A DNA stretch of 64,000 nt from Blepharisma stoltei ATCC 30299. Taxonomy: Eukaryota; Protista; Ciliophora. Each line of letters begins with the position of its first letter. Within the stretch, counting starts at the first letter, position 1. The DNA lies in NCBI GenBank assembly GCA_965603825.1, contig CBFDEM010000014.1, forward strand, positions 124,001-188,000, in the 5' to 3' direction. A model generated the notes under the pieces. It was given only the letters and a program-made list of their open reading frames with translations, was not told the DNA's origin and did no database searches. Both the position numbers and the translations under genes were made by a program. Shown here one piece after another: positions 1-11,900 of the stretch.

Positions 1-2163
1 AGGCTAGCTCTTTATAATAGAATGCTTGCTAATAAAGCTTCAGAAAATTATACAAAAGCCCATGAAGAAATGAACACTTCTTGGGAATTTTTTGATGCAG
101 AAATGCCAGAGGTGATGGAATTTATTCAACAAAATGAAGAAAGCCGCATTCATTTTTTGAAATATACGTTTGATAAATATATCAGGCATTATAAATCTTA
201 TTTTACAGTAATTGATGAGGCTTTAGATGATTTCAGCGCAGTTTCAAGTAAAATTAATAGTTCAATTGACGTCAAAATTTTTGTGGAAAATTTAAAAACG
301 GAGCCACAAAAACGTGAAGAGATGGTGTCATATGAGCGCTGAAAAGAAATCCAGAAAGAAAAAAGCAAGCAAGAAGAAACCCAAAAAGAGCCAGAAATAA
401 CGACAGAACTCCTAATAAAAATCCTTAATTTCTTGACAAATAATGACAGTAGCCCAGAAGATTGAATTGAGGTGGCATCAAAAGATTCTTCTAAGCCAGA
501 AGACCTAGACCCTGTCTATTTTGGAAGAATTTCTAATGTTTTCCACACCCCAGAAGGTCGAACACTATTTTGTGATTCTCTAGAAAGCTTAAAACATAAA
601 AGCTCACTAACTCCGACAAAAATTTTACAGTTGGCAGCAATAATTACGTCTCTTTTAACTGTTATTATGATGGAGGAAGACCACGACACAATTGTTTTCT
701 GTAAACTTGTTGTACTTTCACACATATTTTATACAGAAGATGAACAAGGGAAACGAGTTTATTTATCTGAGTATATATCGTCTCATAATATATGGCATGA
801 TAAAGAGAGGTGGGTCGAAGCCATTGAGTGTGGTATTTCTGCAAAAATTTCAGCTGACAAAGATAATTTGCAAAAATATCATTCTTTAAAGAAAAAAGGG
901 AATAATTTATTTGGAATTTTAAAAGGAATAAAAAATAAGTTTCCACAGAAAATTGCAGAAAATGAGCATATAATAAAATCTGCTGCAGTAATGATTATTA
1001 GCCAGTTCAGCTTCCACATGATTCATTTAGGAATTCCTTTTGAGACTGCTAATGCAGTCATTTTAAAATGCTGCCAGAAAGTAAATCTTGATACTGATAG
1101 AACATGTGTTTTATTAGCTGAGCTGCAAGCGAATCAAAGGATGAATTTGCAAGTTGAAGATGAATGAAAAAGATCATTAAGAAACCGTGAAAAAGAAAGG
1201 GAAATCTGGAACGGTCTCCTACCTATTGGGCTAGCCTTAGATTATTTAAATCACTCTGAAAGCTTTATATTACTACAAGTATGCAAAAAATGAAATAAAA
1301 AATTCTATGTCCCAATCCTAAAAAAGTGACTGTCAGAAGCTGAAGAATCTGCCCAAAAAATTCGAAGCAAAGCCTGAATTGAGCTATTGAGAGACCATAT
1401 GCCACCCATTGAATATCAAGCATTTGTTCAAAGAATTACGTCAGAGCCAAGCATGATTAGCGAATTAGAAGAAATTATCAACATGGATGTATTGAGAAGT
1501 TATAAAGATTCTCTTGTCAACCCAAATTCCCTTAAAAATCTGCTAAAAACATATGCATTTTATAACCCAGAAGTAGGGTATTGCCAAGGGATGAACTATA
1601 TAGCAGGTACTTTACTTATTCAGCTTCAAGATGAAGAAATGAGCTTTAAATGTTTTGCAGCACTTATTAAGAGGTTTAACATGACAAATATTTTTATAGA
1701 TGATTTACCAAAACTAAGGCAATTTTTCTATATGTTAGATCGATTAACAGGACTTTTATTACCAGAAGTCTACGAATTTTTCATGGAAGCTGGGATCACT
1801 TCAGCCCATTTCAGCTCTCCTTGGTTTATTACATTATACGCCAACATTTTGCAGCACAAATCACACATTTTAATCAAGCTTTGGGACTTGTTTTTCCAAA
1901 AAGGCTGGAAAATCATTTTTAAAGCTGCAATAGCCATTTTAAGCAGAATGTCCAGGGAATTAATAGGAACTCGGTACGAAAACGTTATGTCTGTGCTGAC
2001 CAGTATAAGTATGCCAAATAGTCATTCAGATATTTTTGATGAAAGTTTTATTAACAGACTAAAACAAATAAAAATCTCAAATGCTCTGCTAAAAGATTTA
2101 GAGGTGGAGTATGAAAATTTGAAGTTTAGAGCAGAAAATTTAAAACTAAGTGAAGTATTTTAA
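1..2163 (+). CDS. TBC-domain RabGAP (5'-truncated) with F-BAR-like N-terminus, SBF2-like middle region and F-box-like motif
   Basis: ORFs 22..342, 472..1167 and 1387..2163 are one frame joined through TGA=Trp at 340, 1165, 1291, 1327 and 1375. TBC motifs IRSKAW(TGA), IINMDVLRS and YCQGMNY are present. Ends in TAA; the frame is open from base 1. Confidence 0.9.
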
Positions 2164-2253
2164 TTAATTTATGGAAAATTAAAATTTTTTATGATAGAAA
2201 TTATCATGAAAATATATAATTCAAAAATTGATATATGCAAATCATATAATTAG

Positions 2254-3333
2254 TTAACAAATAACGCACCTGCAAATACCTCTACTTTCAGAGTCTGGCC
2301 CATTTATAACTCCCTGCTTGGTCAACTGGTTATTAAGTGCTTGAATTTCATGTTGTTGCCTCATAATCTTCTCTTGCAGCTCCCTTACTGACGTTTCACT
2401 TTCTTCTTCAGGCTCTGGATTTCCAGTCGATTTCATTTCAATAGTTTTTTCTAGCACCCCCGCCTCTGCTTTTTTTTCATTAAGTTCTTCTCTTATTTCA
2501 TCCATCCTGTTTTTCATTTCATCAATTTCCTGCTTCAATGCATCCGTCTGTTCTTTTATAGAGTCCAAAGTCTGTTTTAATGGTTTTTCACTAAAAGATG
2601 AGCTATCGTCTATACTGTCTATTGATCTTGACCTTTCTACACGTGTTTCTTCTAATTTTTCTTTTAAATGGTCATTTTCCACTTCTTGGTCTTTTATTAA
2701 CTTATGTAACTCTTTTACACGCTCTCTGTCAGCTGTGGTATCTTTTTTTAGTTCTTGGATTTTTTCGCGGGTTGCGATGATTCTGATATCTTTTTTCCGC
2801 ATTTCTTTGCCGGAGTCTTCTATAAGTCTCCGGAGACCATTTTCTTCAAGCTCGATTTTTCCTTTTTCTTCATTGATTTTTGAGATTTCGGCTTCCAGCT
2901 CAGCTTTTTTAGCAGAAAATTCTTCTTCAAGTTTTTTTGTTAATTCTTCATATTTTTTTTCTTCAGCTGACTCATTAGCTTCATCTTCAATTACCTCAGG
3001 GGTGGATTCAACTGCCTTTTGTGATGTTTTTTGGCTTTCAAGAGCTTTGTTGTAACAATTATCACAAATTCTATACCTGCCCTGCAGCTCAGGCTGGTAG
3101 CCTTTATTTGTTGAGCATTTCCTACAAACTCCTCTGAAGCAAAATTTACAATGATGTTTCTTATTACTCCCTAAAAGCGAAAATTTACTAGAACAGACTA
3201 TGCAAATTTTATCAAGTCGGTATGCTTTTCTGTTTGCTTGTGGATTGAAAACGTTACTCATTATTATGAAGTAATCTTGTGGGCCTGGAGAACATTTTTC
3301 TCCTTCAGAACTGCTATCCTCATCACTCGACAT
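2254..3333 (-). CDS. FYVE zinc finger plus coiled-coil protein with C-terminal CaaX-like motif
   Basis: CIVC...KKHHCKFC...VCRKCS...RICDNCY FYVE pattern, long E/K-rich coiled coil, ends CRCVIC-stop. Confidence 0.85.
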   Translation of the reverse strand: MSSDEDSSSEGEKCSPGPQDYFIIMSNVFNPQANRKAYRLDKICIVCSSKFSLLGSNKKHHCKFCFRGVCRKCSTNKGYQPELQGRYRICDNCYNKALESQKTSQKAVESTPEVIEDEANESAEEKKYEELTKKLEEEFSAKKAELEAEISKINEEKGKIELEENGLRRLIEDSGKEMRKKDIRIIATREKIQELKKDTTADRERVKELHKLIKDQEVENDHLKEKLEETRVERSRSIDSIDDSSSFSEKPLKQTLDSIKEQTDALKQEIDEMKNRMDEIREELNEKKAEAGVLEKTIEMKSTGNPEPEEESETSVRELQEKIMRQQHEIQALNNQLTKQGVINGPDSESRGICRCVIC

Positions 3334-3566
3334 ATTCTTGTCAACAAAAATATGTATAATAAATAGTTATTTTCGAAATAAAAGAAAAAACTGTAAATTT
3401 TGAAGTATTTTTGGTTAGTTTTATTCAAAATATCATTACTATTTATTTATAAGATTATAAATCAAAGTGCAGGATCTAATTAATAATATTAATGTGTTGA
3501 TATGTTTTTCTTAGATATAGCGCATTAAAAATAGCTTGTGAATTTTAAATTATTTTTAATGCAATA

Positions 3567-4274
3567 ATGTTGACCCTGCAATTTCCAAATATGGACAAAT
3601 CCTTCACTGTTAAAGAAAAGCACAATTTCTTGCCTGCATTCCCTATAAGATCTCTAATGAAAGAATATGGGCACAAAAAATCGAAATCCCATCTATGCGA
3701 TTCCAAAAAAACGACATCTAGGTTTAATGAAAGCAGGCATAGCTATTTTGAAGATTTGAATAACTCTGAAAGGAAAAATGTTGCACGATCAATTAATACA
3801 GACAGTCCTGAGCTTCCAAATTTAACCCCGTCTTCCCCTAACTACAAAGGTATTAAACAAGTTTATTTAAATCTTGACAACTTAACTCCCCGAAAACCAA
3901 CCCCAAAACCAATTATTACCAAAATAATAAAATCACCAGATTCTGACAGCAGCAAAAAATCAATAACTCCTCGTATACACATTACCAAAAATTCTATTAT
4001 TTCGAATTTCCAATTTTCCAACGTTTTTATTGACAATACCAAAAATTCCCGGCACAAAAGATATAATTCAATTAATAAAAAGAAAGCAACGACCCCAGAT
4101 ATTGCTCAATACTCAGGAAGGCAATTTAAAACTTTTGATAATAGTATGAATAGCGTAAATAAAGTCACTTTGGAAAGTAAAAGACATAAAGTAAGGAACT
4201 TGAGCCATATCTTGGAAAAATTGAAAACCCAGACTTTGAAGCCGAAAGTATTTAAATTCACTATCGCTGTATAA
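3567..4274 (+). CDS. Hypothetical basic low-complexity protein
   Basis: 235-aa ATG-to-TAA ORF between AT-rich spacers; no recognisable domain. Confidence 0.65.
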   Translation: MLTLQFPNMDKSFTVKEKHNFLPAFPIRSLMKEYGHKKSKSHLCDSKKTTSRFNESRHSYFEDLNNSERKNVARSINTDSPELPNLTPSSPNYKGIKQVYLNLDNLTPRKPTPKPIITKIIKSPDSDSSKKSITPRIHITKNSIISNFQFSNVFIDNTKNSRHKRYNSINKKKATTPDIAQYSGRQFKTFDNSMNSVNKVTLESKRHKVRNLSHILEKLKTQTLKPKVFKFTIAV

Positions 4275-4315
4275 AATTATATATTTATTAACCCGTTTAA
4301 ATATCAAAGATAATA

Positions 4316-5530
4316 TTAGTTACTTAGCTCCAATTCCATTGCATTTTGTAGCAGCTCCTTCGGCACTTTCTGGAATCTTGCTGCCTCAGGGTTAAAGTCA
4401 GGTGTTTCCACAAACTGAAGGAATAAATTCGCCAGCCTCTTTCTGAGCCCTTCCAAACTTCCTTCGCTCCTCCCTCTATTAAGCATATCTGCTTCTCTAT
4501 CAATTAAATCTACAATTTCTCTTGTTAAATTACAGTCAAACTCTTTTACAGTCCATTTTGTGTGTAAAAGTACGTCCAGTCTTTCATCAATTGACAAATG
4601 TTTCATTTTAAGCCCATTATAAAGCTCCATAAGTTCTTTAGCTCTGGTCGTCCAAGGGGTATGGGCGTCAGTGAATCTTCCGTCACTTAATCTCCATTTC
4701 TTAGGGTCTGACATTGCTTTTAAGAATTTCGCGATTTTTTCTTCTTTATTTTGGTAGCCTGCTGTAATTTTAAGTCTGTCTATTGTTTGTAGCAGCTTGG
4801 TTTCCTTATGCAGCAGCTGCTCTAGCGCTTTCTTTTTTTCTTCTTCTAACAACAAATTGCTAGTTTTAATCCTTTCTGTCTCTTTAAGCCTCCACATTTC
4901 CAGCTCCTTATACAATATTTCAAAATCATCAGTTGACTTAGGATGCATTCTCCTCTCAATTTCGGTCTTATGTTTCGCTTCTTCTTCCCTCCTCAATTCT
5001 TCTTGTTTTTCTATAATTTTCCTATCATTAGAATCCCTAATCCTCTTCAGTTCTCTTCTCCTTTTATATGCAAACCATCTTCTAGTGCAGCATTGTATAT
5101 AAAGTGCAGCTTTTTCTCTGACTTCTTCCCACATTTCACTTGTAAAATACTCGCCTGGCTCAACTTCGACGTCTCTTCTTGGGTCTATAGAGACAAGTCC
5201 TGGTTTTTCCATTTGAGTCCCGAATTCTTTTTTCATGATGGTTGAGCGAGTTCGGTATTGGAAAACTTGGACTTCTCGATGGAATTTTTCTTTGTATTCG
5301 CGCCGTGGCTGGTCAGTGTTGGTGGCGGAATGGTAATAATTTAGACGGGTCGTGCTGTTGCGATAACCGCCTAGGTAAGGTTTTTGGCCTGATGCTTTAA
5401 TAACTTCGACAGTGACTACTTTGATGGCTCCTTCGGAGGTTGTAACTTCGACTTCTAGCACGTCTGGCATGGGGCGTTGCTCAATTTGGATTGATTCGAA
5501 GTACTCGTGCTCGTTTGAAGGCTCTTCCAT
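4316..5530 (-). CDS. IQUB: IQ and ubiquitin-like domain-containing protein homolog (ciliary radial spoke, short form)
   Basis: KPYLGGYRN, GTQMEKPG, IQ motif IQCCTRRW, TTRAKEL...ERLDVLLHTKWTVKEFDCNLTREIVDLIDREAD and FNPEAA match the IQUB/FAP253 family. Confidence 0.85.
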   Translation of the reverse strand: MEEPSNEHEYFESIQIEQRPMPDVLEVEVTTSEGAIKVVTVEVIKASGQKPYLGGYRNSTTRLNYYHSATNTDQPRREYKEKFHREVQVFQYRTRSTIMKKEFGTQMEKPGLVSIDPRRDVEVEPGEYFTSEMWEEVREKAALYIQCCTRRWFAYKRRRELKRIRDSNDRKIIEKQEELRREEEAKHKTEIERRMHPKSTDDFEILYKELEMWRLKETERIKTSNLLLEEEKKKALEQLLHKETKLLQTIDRLKITAGYQNKEEKIAKFLKAMSDPKKWRLSDGRFTDAHTPWTTRAKELMELYNGLKMKHLSIDERLDVLLHTKWTVKEFDCNLTREIVDLIDREADMLNRGRSEGSLEGLRKRLANLFLQFVETPDFNPEAARFQKVPKELLQNAMELELSN

Positions 5531-6058
5531 GATTATTAGAGATCTTATATTGGAATTTTGATTTGAATTAGAAAAAGGAAGCGAGTTAATCTATGATACC
5601 ATTTATCATTAATAAATAATAAAGATTGATTGTTACAGGAAATAGCTCTACGGTTTTGGTTAATTATGTAGTTATTTGATATTTGTCACTTGTATAACTG
5701 ATTTATAAGGATTTAAGAGTTTGGAAAGAATTAATGAAATCTTTATAGGGCTAACAAAAGATATATTTTTACGGAAAATTTATCAAATAGCATATGCTTA
5801 TACCAAACTAACAAAAATTATTAATCTTAGAAAATATATCAAACTGAAGATTTATAATTTCTGACCAAAAATAAATTTTATACAACCTGTTTTCTTCTCA
5901 AATTATTTTTAATTTTTTAAAAAATCATCCAAAACCTAAACTGCAAATCAAAACTTCCTTTAACCTTTAAATTTAAGTTGAACTAATTTAACTGTTTTTT
6001 ATTATCTATTTTGCTGCAATTTTTTAGGCTTTCTTTTCCATTTACAATCAGAAATAAA

Positions 6059-7729
6059 ATGGCTGAATCATTTGGGCAATTATATGTTGGTGATTTAAGC
6101 CATGACATTACAGAGACAGAGCTTTACTCCTTTTTCAATTCCTTCGGAAAAATCGTTAAAATTGCCATAATCCGCAAAGAAGACGGTCTAGTCCCATCTT
6201 CAGCTTACGCTTTCATTACATTTGACAACATGACAAGTGCCCAATTGGCGCGATCTGAAGCAAACGGCAAAAAACTAAAGAACAGGAATATTTTTGTAAT
6301 GCTTTATAGCAAAGATATACACAAAAATGAACAAGCCAACATTTTTGTTAAAAATCTCCCTTCACATCTTACAGTATCTGAATTCGAAAAACTTTTCCAG
6401 TCATTCGGAAATGTTATAAGCTCAAAAATCAGCTTTGATATAAATGGAGAATCCCGGGGCTATGGATTTGTGCAGTTCGCGACGCCTGATCAAGCAGATA
6501 GAGCTGTGGAAGCTTCAGGAAGACTTGTGATAGGGGACCATAAGCTTACAATAGATAAGTTTACACCAAAATCCCAAAGGACAAGAAACTCAGTAAATAA
6601 TGTTTATGTAAGAGGATTTTCTGATAATTTCAGAGAAGAAGATTTACAGCACTCATTTGAAATTTTTGGAAAAATCACATCAAAAATAATTATGAGGGAC
6701 GCACAAGGGAATTCAAGATTATTTGGATTTGTTTGCTTTGAAGATCCAGAAACCGCTGCAAACGCAGTTAGAGAAATGAATGGAAAAGAGAATGCTCAGT
6801 TCGGATTTACATGGTTTGTCAGCCAATTTATGAATAAAAATGAAAGGCTTTATTTGAATAAGAAAAAATACGCAGAGCTACAAGAACAATGGAAAAAAAG
6901 AAATTTAATTGTCAGTGGTCTCCCAAGCCATTTAAATGAAGATCAGCTAAAAAAGCTATTCTCAGAATACGGTCCTGTAGAATCTCTAAAAATTGTGACT
7001 GCTGACAATTTCAGAATTGCTGACACCTTAGTCCTCGAAAAAAAATCAACTGGAAAAGCCTTTGTTTGTTTCCAACATGAAGCAGATGCTGATAATGCTT
7101 TGGCCAAGCTCCAACATATGAAAGTAAACGACTCAGAAATTAAAGTGAAAAGGTGGATGCCAAAAAATGAGATATTAAAGATAATAAATAGAAACAAATT
7201 CTTTGTGCCGCCTCCTATGATGATGCCACCACCACCTCCTTATATGAAGCCACAAGGACAAATGATGGGAAGAGGAAGAGGATACCCAGGGCAGTTCGGG
7301 CAAAATAGATTCCCACAGAATAATCAAATGTATCCGCCTAGACAACAGTTTCAAGGACAGAGACCAAATTATCAGCCAAGACAGACTAATCAAATGTCAG
7401 GGCAAGAACAAAAGCCCAGATATCAGCCAAGAGATCAAGCTTTAAGACAGCCTGTGCAAGTTAAACAAGAAGCTCCAATAATTCAGCCTGTTTTGTTTAA
7501 TTATGAACTTTATAAGGCAGCTGATCCAGTTCATAAAAAACAGATGATAGGAGAAGCTATATATACTGAGCTAAACCCTATATTTGGGCAATTTACAGGA
7601 AAAATCACTGGAATGCTGATAGAAATTGGAGAGCCAGAAATATTACAAATTCTTGGTGACAAGTCAAAACTTAAGGCAAAAGCAAATGAAGCTTTAGAAG
7701 TTTTAAAGCAACATCTCGGTATTAATTAA
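6059..7729 (+). CDS. PABP: Polyadenylate-binding protein (4 RRM, P/Q linker, MLLE domain)
   Basis: Four RRMs (LYVGDL, IFVKNL..RGYGFVQF, VYVRGF..FGFVCF, LIVSGL..KAFVCF) and MLLE (KQMIGEAIY..GKITGMLIE). ATG at 6059 is preferred to the track's TTG at 6011. Confidence 0.9.
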   Translation: MAESFGQLYVGDLSHDITETELYSFFNSFGKIVKIAIIRKEDGLVPSSAYAFITFDNMTSAQLARSEANGKKLKNRNIFVMLYSKDIHKNEQANIFVKNLPSHLTVSEFEKLFQSFGNVISSKISFDINGESRGYGFVQFATPDQADRAVEASGRLVIGDHKLTIDKFTPKSQRTRNSVNNVYVRGFSDNFREEDLQHSFEIFGKITSKIIMRDAQGNSRLFGFVCFEDPETAANAVREMNGKENAQFGFTWFVSQFMNKNERLYLNKKKYAELQEQWKKRNLIVSGLPSHLNEDQLKKLFSEYGPVESLKIVTADNFRIADTLVLEKKSTGKAFVCFQHEADADNALAKLQHMKVNDSEIKVKRWMPKNEILKIINRNKFFVPPPMMMPPPPPYMKPQGQMMGRGRGYPGQFGQNRFPQNNQMYPPRQQFQGQRPNYQPRQTNQMSGQEQKPRYQPRDQALRQPVQVKQEAPIIQPVLFNYELYKAADPVHKKQMIGEAIYTELNPIFGQFTGKITGMLIEIGEPEILQILGDKSKLKAKANEALEVLKQHLGIN

Positions 7730-8104
7730 TTGACTTTGAGGGAAAAATAATTTATTTTTCATAATATTTAGTTTATTTTCTTAATAAATTTATAGCGCAG
7801 TCTTTAGTATCAAATTATTGATGTCCATATGTACAAATATAATAAATAAAAATTTGTCATAAAACGGTAACAAGGCACTATGCAAATGAGTTTTAGACTT
7901 CGAGATTTAAATTTTTGATCAGAGTTCTGTTGTTATACAAATTAGAAGGATCGAGCTTGCCTGAGGTCATTATAATACTGCTCAGCTACTTCAGGACTTG
8001 CCGCATGATTCAAAAAAGGTTCTCTTCTCGTTTTTTGCCAGTTATACTGGACGTCCTGTGTTTCTATATTACGCAGCTTGGGACTTGCTCACTTCTTGCT
8101 TCAT

Positions 8105-8460
8105 CTAAACATAGAGCTGGTAGTTTATTTGGCTAATACCCAAGCTGACAGCAGTAATCGTACAACTTGATGCGTCTGCAACACAAGAGCTCAGAGTCCA
8201 AGCTGATGTATCTACTATTGATCCACTTCCTAGTGTAACTGCAATGCTGTTTTATGTCAAAGTTGATACAGCAGGATTGGAAAAATCAATTTCAATGTTA
8301 GGAGCAGAAAAGCTAAGCTGATATCCGGTAGAGTTAACTCTACAAGTAGACACATCTTGAGCAATTGAACTAAACACTTGAAGCAACTAGAATTCGTCGT
8401 GCACAAATTGCATGAGTCAGTATAGCTTGATAAAATTATACAAGCACGATACTAGATCAG
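8105..8460 (-). pseudogene. Possible decayed fragment of a Cys/Ser/Thr-rich surface protein gene
   Basis: Minus strand reads SYTDSCNLCTTNSSCFKC, then after a frameshift FSSIAQDVSTCRVNSTGYQLSFSAPNIEIDFSNPAVSTLT-stop(8252)-NSIAVTLGSGSIVDTSAWTLSSC. GC is coding-like; no intact start. Confidence 0.4.
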
Positions 8461-8911
8461 CGCTATTGTACAGAAATTTAGCCTGAATTGCATTAAGAGC
8501 AAGTTGTACTTGCTGAACATTAAGTGTAAAGAGAAGAGCAGCCTAACTTCCCAAGCTATTTTTATATATAATTTTTTTTACCCTCATTATATAAGGATGG
8601 CTGGGGACTTTAGAGAAGCGAAGTGGAATCTTAATAAGAAGCTGTAGAGCAGATAAAAGGAGCAGAAGTAAAAGCTTTGAGAAAAATTTATAAGAATCAT
8701 AAGAAAATGCAAGAATCTAAAATAAAAATTCTTAGAGATATTTTTTTTAAAAAGCAAAAAATACGATTTTTAAATGAGTGCTATTTCGAGCTCGATTTAT
8801 TCAAAAGATCACTATAAAATGCCAGCTAAAGTTTTCTCAAGTTCATCATAATCTTCTCAAGCCATCATCCGAATAAAACTATGCTAAAGCATTATTTAAT
8901 TATAAAAATTG

Positions 8912-11900
8912 ATGTTTTTATTATTTTGTTTATCAGTTTTTTTATGTGACTCTTTTGAAGTCTCAAGAATTCCTCCCACAAGCACACCACCTCCCAAAAG
9001 GCAATTTTCAGCTATGGATTATGATAAATCAAGTAATTCTCTACTTATTTTTGGAGGAAATCAAGGAGCATCATCAACCTTTAACGACGTTTGAAAATTT
9101 TCACTCAATGATTCATTATGAACAAATTTAGTATCTACAACAAACACTATACCAAGTAACAATTAGCCAGGCTCCCGGTATACGTCTGCTGGGTTTATCA
9201 ATCCAAATACAAGTATTTTTTATATTTTTGGAGGGATGTCAAAAAATGGTCCTTTAAATGAACTCTGAGCATTTGACTTAGAAAATTTGCAATGAAACCA
9301 AATAAACCAATACGGAGATGTCCCTCCTTGTAGATATAGATTTGCCTATAAAAAGTTTATAGACCAAAGTGGGAGCTTAAAATTTGCTGTTTTTGGAGGG
9401 AGTCTTGGCAATGGGCTGGATAATAATTTATTTATGTAATGGAGATTTAGATTGAATGTAGCAAATTTTACGTGGCAAAAACAAAAAAATAATGGGGCAG
9501 ACATAAAGAAGTATAGAGGAGCGACAATGGAGTATTATAATGGATGCTTATATGTAGCTGGAGGAGATGTAAATAATGTTCTTTATAGTGAAACCAGCTA
9601 TCCAAACTTATTTTGGAAATATGATTTATCGTTACAAAAATGATATAACCTTACGAATACTATTTCTTGATACCAAAATCGATATTTATCCGGAAGTGCC
9701 ATATATAATGATTTTTATTATTTATTTTATGGGTGATCTGATCAAATAGATGGAGATGTAAATACAGTTGATAGGGTTGATTTATCAGATCCTAGCTATA
9801 AATGGACAAAAGCTAGCATAAATGAACTTAAAAATTATTATTTAATACCGCGAGATTCATTTGGCTTCACCTCTAATGATAACAAATTTTATATATTTGG
9901 AGGTTATAACGATTATATTTCAATAGGAAACAGTTTAATTGAGCTTGATTTATCTATCTCCCCAATCACTTATCAAACTTTAAGTATAGAAAGGCTTGAC
10001 CCTATCCCAAGAATGCACCATTCCCTCGTTTTAATTAGCACAAACCTCTACCTCTTCGGAGGCGTCAATAAAAATACCTATTTAAATGACCTATGATTAT
10101 ACGACTCAATTTCAGACAGCTGATCCATTGTGACCGCAAAAGGAGCAGCACCCTCCGCAAGAGCCAGCCACGCAGCTGCCTCACAAGGAAAAGTATTCCT
10201 TATATGAGGAGGCGAAACAATTGATGGCTATGTTAACGATATGTACAAGTTTGAGCCCTCCTCAAAAGTCTGGACTGAAATTATTCCAGATTCATCCTCA
10301 TTTCCTAGCAAAAGAAAAGGGGCTTGCATGGTTGTCGATATTCCTTATGTTTATATTTTCGGAGGACTTACTGACACAGGAGCATCTAATGAATTGTGAT
10401 CGTTTGATATAGGAAAAAATGAATGGGAATTAATTGATTATAATGGAAAAGTCCCTTCTGCAGCTTATCCTACATGTGAGGTAATAACACAAAATAATAC
10501 AAAATTTATTTATGCTATGTATGGATATACAGATGGGTCTGCACCTTTAGGGTCTATATATGCATTTTCTGTTGAGAGTAAAACTTGGATTAAAATATAT
10601 GATCCTGCTCCTGATATTCCTTATTCAAATCGAGCTGGGGCTGCTATAAAGTATTTGAATAATAAGGTGCTGGTTATTGGGGGAGAAGAATGATCAACTG
10701 ATCCTCGTAAAGATGTGTACTTTTTTGATCTTTCTAAGCAGAAAACTTTACAAATTGGGGCACTTCCAGAGTTTTATTACAACGGAGCCTCTGTTTATTT
10801 TAAAAATCATGTATATATGCATGCAGGAGGATCTGTAATAGGATCCACAATGAGAAATGCGATAGCCAAAAATAGTTTTTTTTTCCTTGACATAAGTTGT
10901 TCATATGGGAAAATCTGTGGATCTGTCTGCAGTATTGGGACTTATGCAAGCAATAATGATTGTCTTTTATGTCCAGAAGGAACTTATAACGACGCTATTG
11001 GGCAGTCTTCATGCATAAAATGCCCAGAAGGAACTTATAATCCAACCAAAGCAGCCAGTGATGTAAGGCAATGCTTACCATGTGCGAATGGATGATTTAG
11101 TGATATTGAAGGCGCTGTATATTGTAAGGAATGCCCTTCTGGATCGTATTGTCTTACAGGAAGTTCTTATCCAAGCAGCAGTAAATTAGAACTAATATCA
11201 GAATCTCAACAGCCAGACTTATATAAAGCTGATATTGATAAACTAAACCTTGGTGTAGAAATTGGTCTTTCTATTTTAATTATATCTGTGTGCTTTTCTC
11301 TTATCTTTTTAATTTTCTTACGAAAACACAGAAACCACATGACAGCTTGAGATTTATATGATGATATGCACAATCGAAAAATCGGCCAAAATATCATTCT
11401 GCATAAAAACGGCTTTGGAGGAATTTTCAGCTTGATTTTTATTTTTATATCGCTTTTTATAATATATGACTCAATTTTGGAATATTCTCTCAATAATATT
11501 ATAGAAACAAAAGCTTTGGTTCCTATAGTATCTGTTCAATACGAAATATCAGAATTCACCGCTAATATAGAAATTACAGCAAAATTCCATCAATACGGTG
11601 GAAGCTGCTCAGAAATCGCCAATAAATGCAGTTCATCAATTTCCATTATTACTTCAGATCTTACTTATTATTCCATCAAATTTAAATGTTCTAAATCTGA
11701 AGACAATTCCTGCATTATCACTACAAATTGCTATAATTGTGTTATTAATACAGGAGCTTATATTTACTACAATCTCCACGAAATCCAAAGTTTTGCTTCA
11801 GCAATCAGCTTAAATGTGACCTCAGAAAGCTCAATTCCTAACGAAATGAGCTCTGTGTACCAAAATCTTCTCCCCAGCAATGGTACCATTTTTCGGGGGT

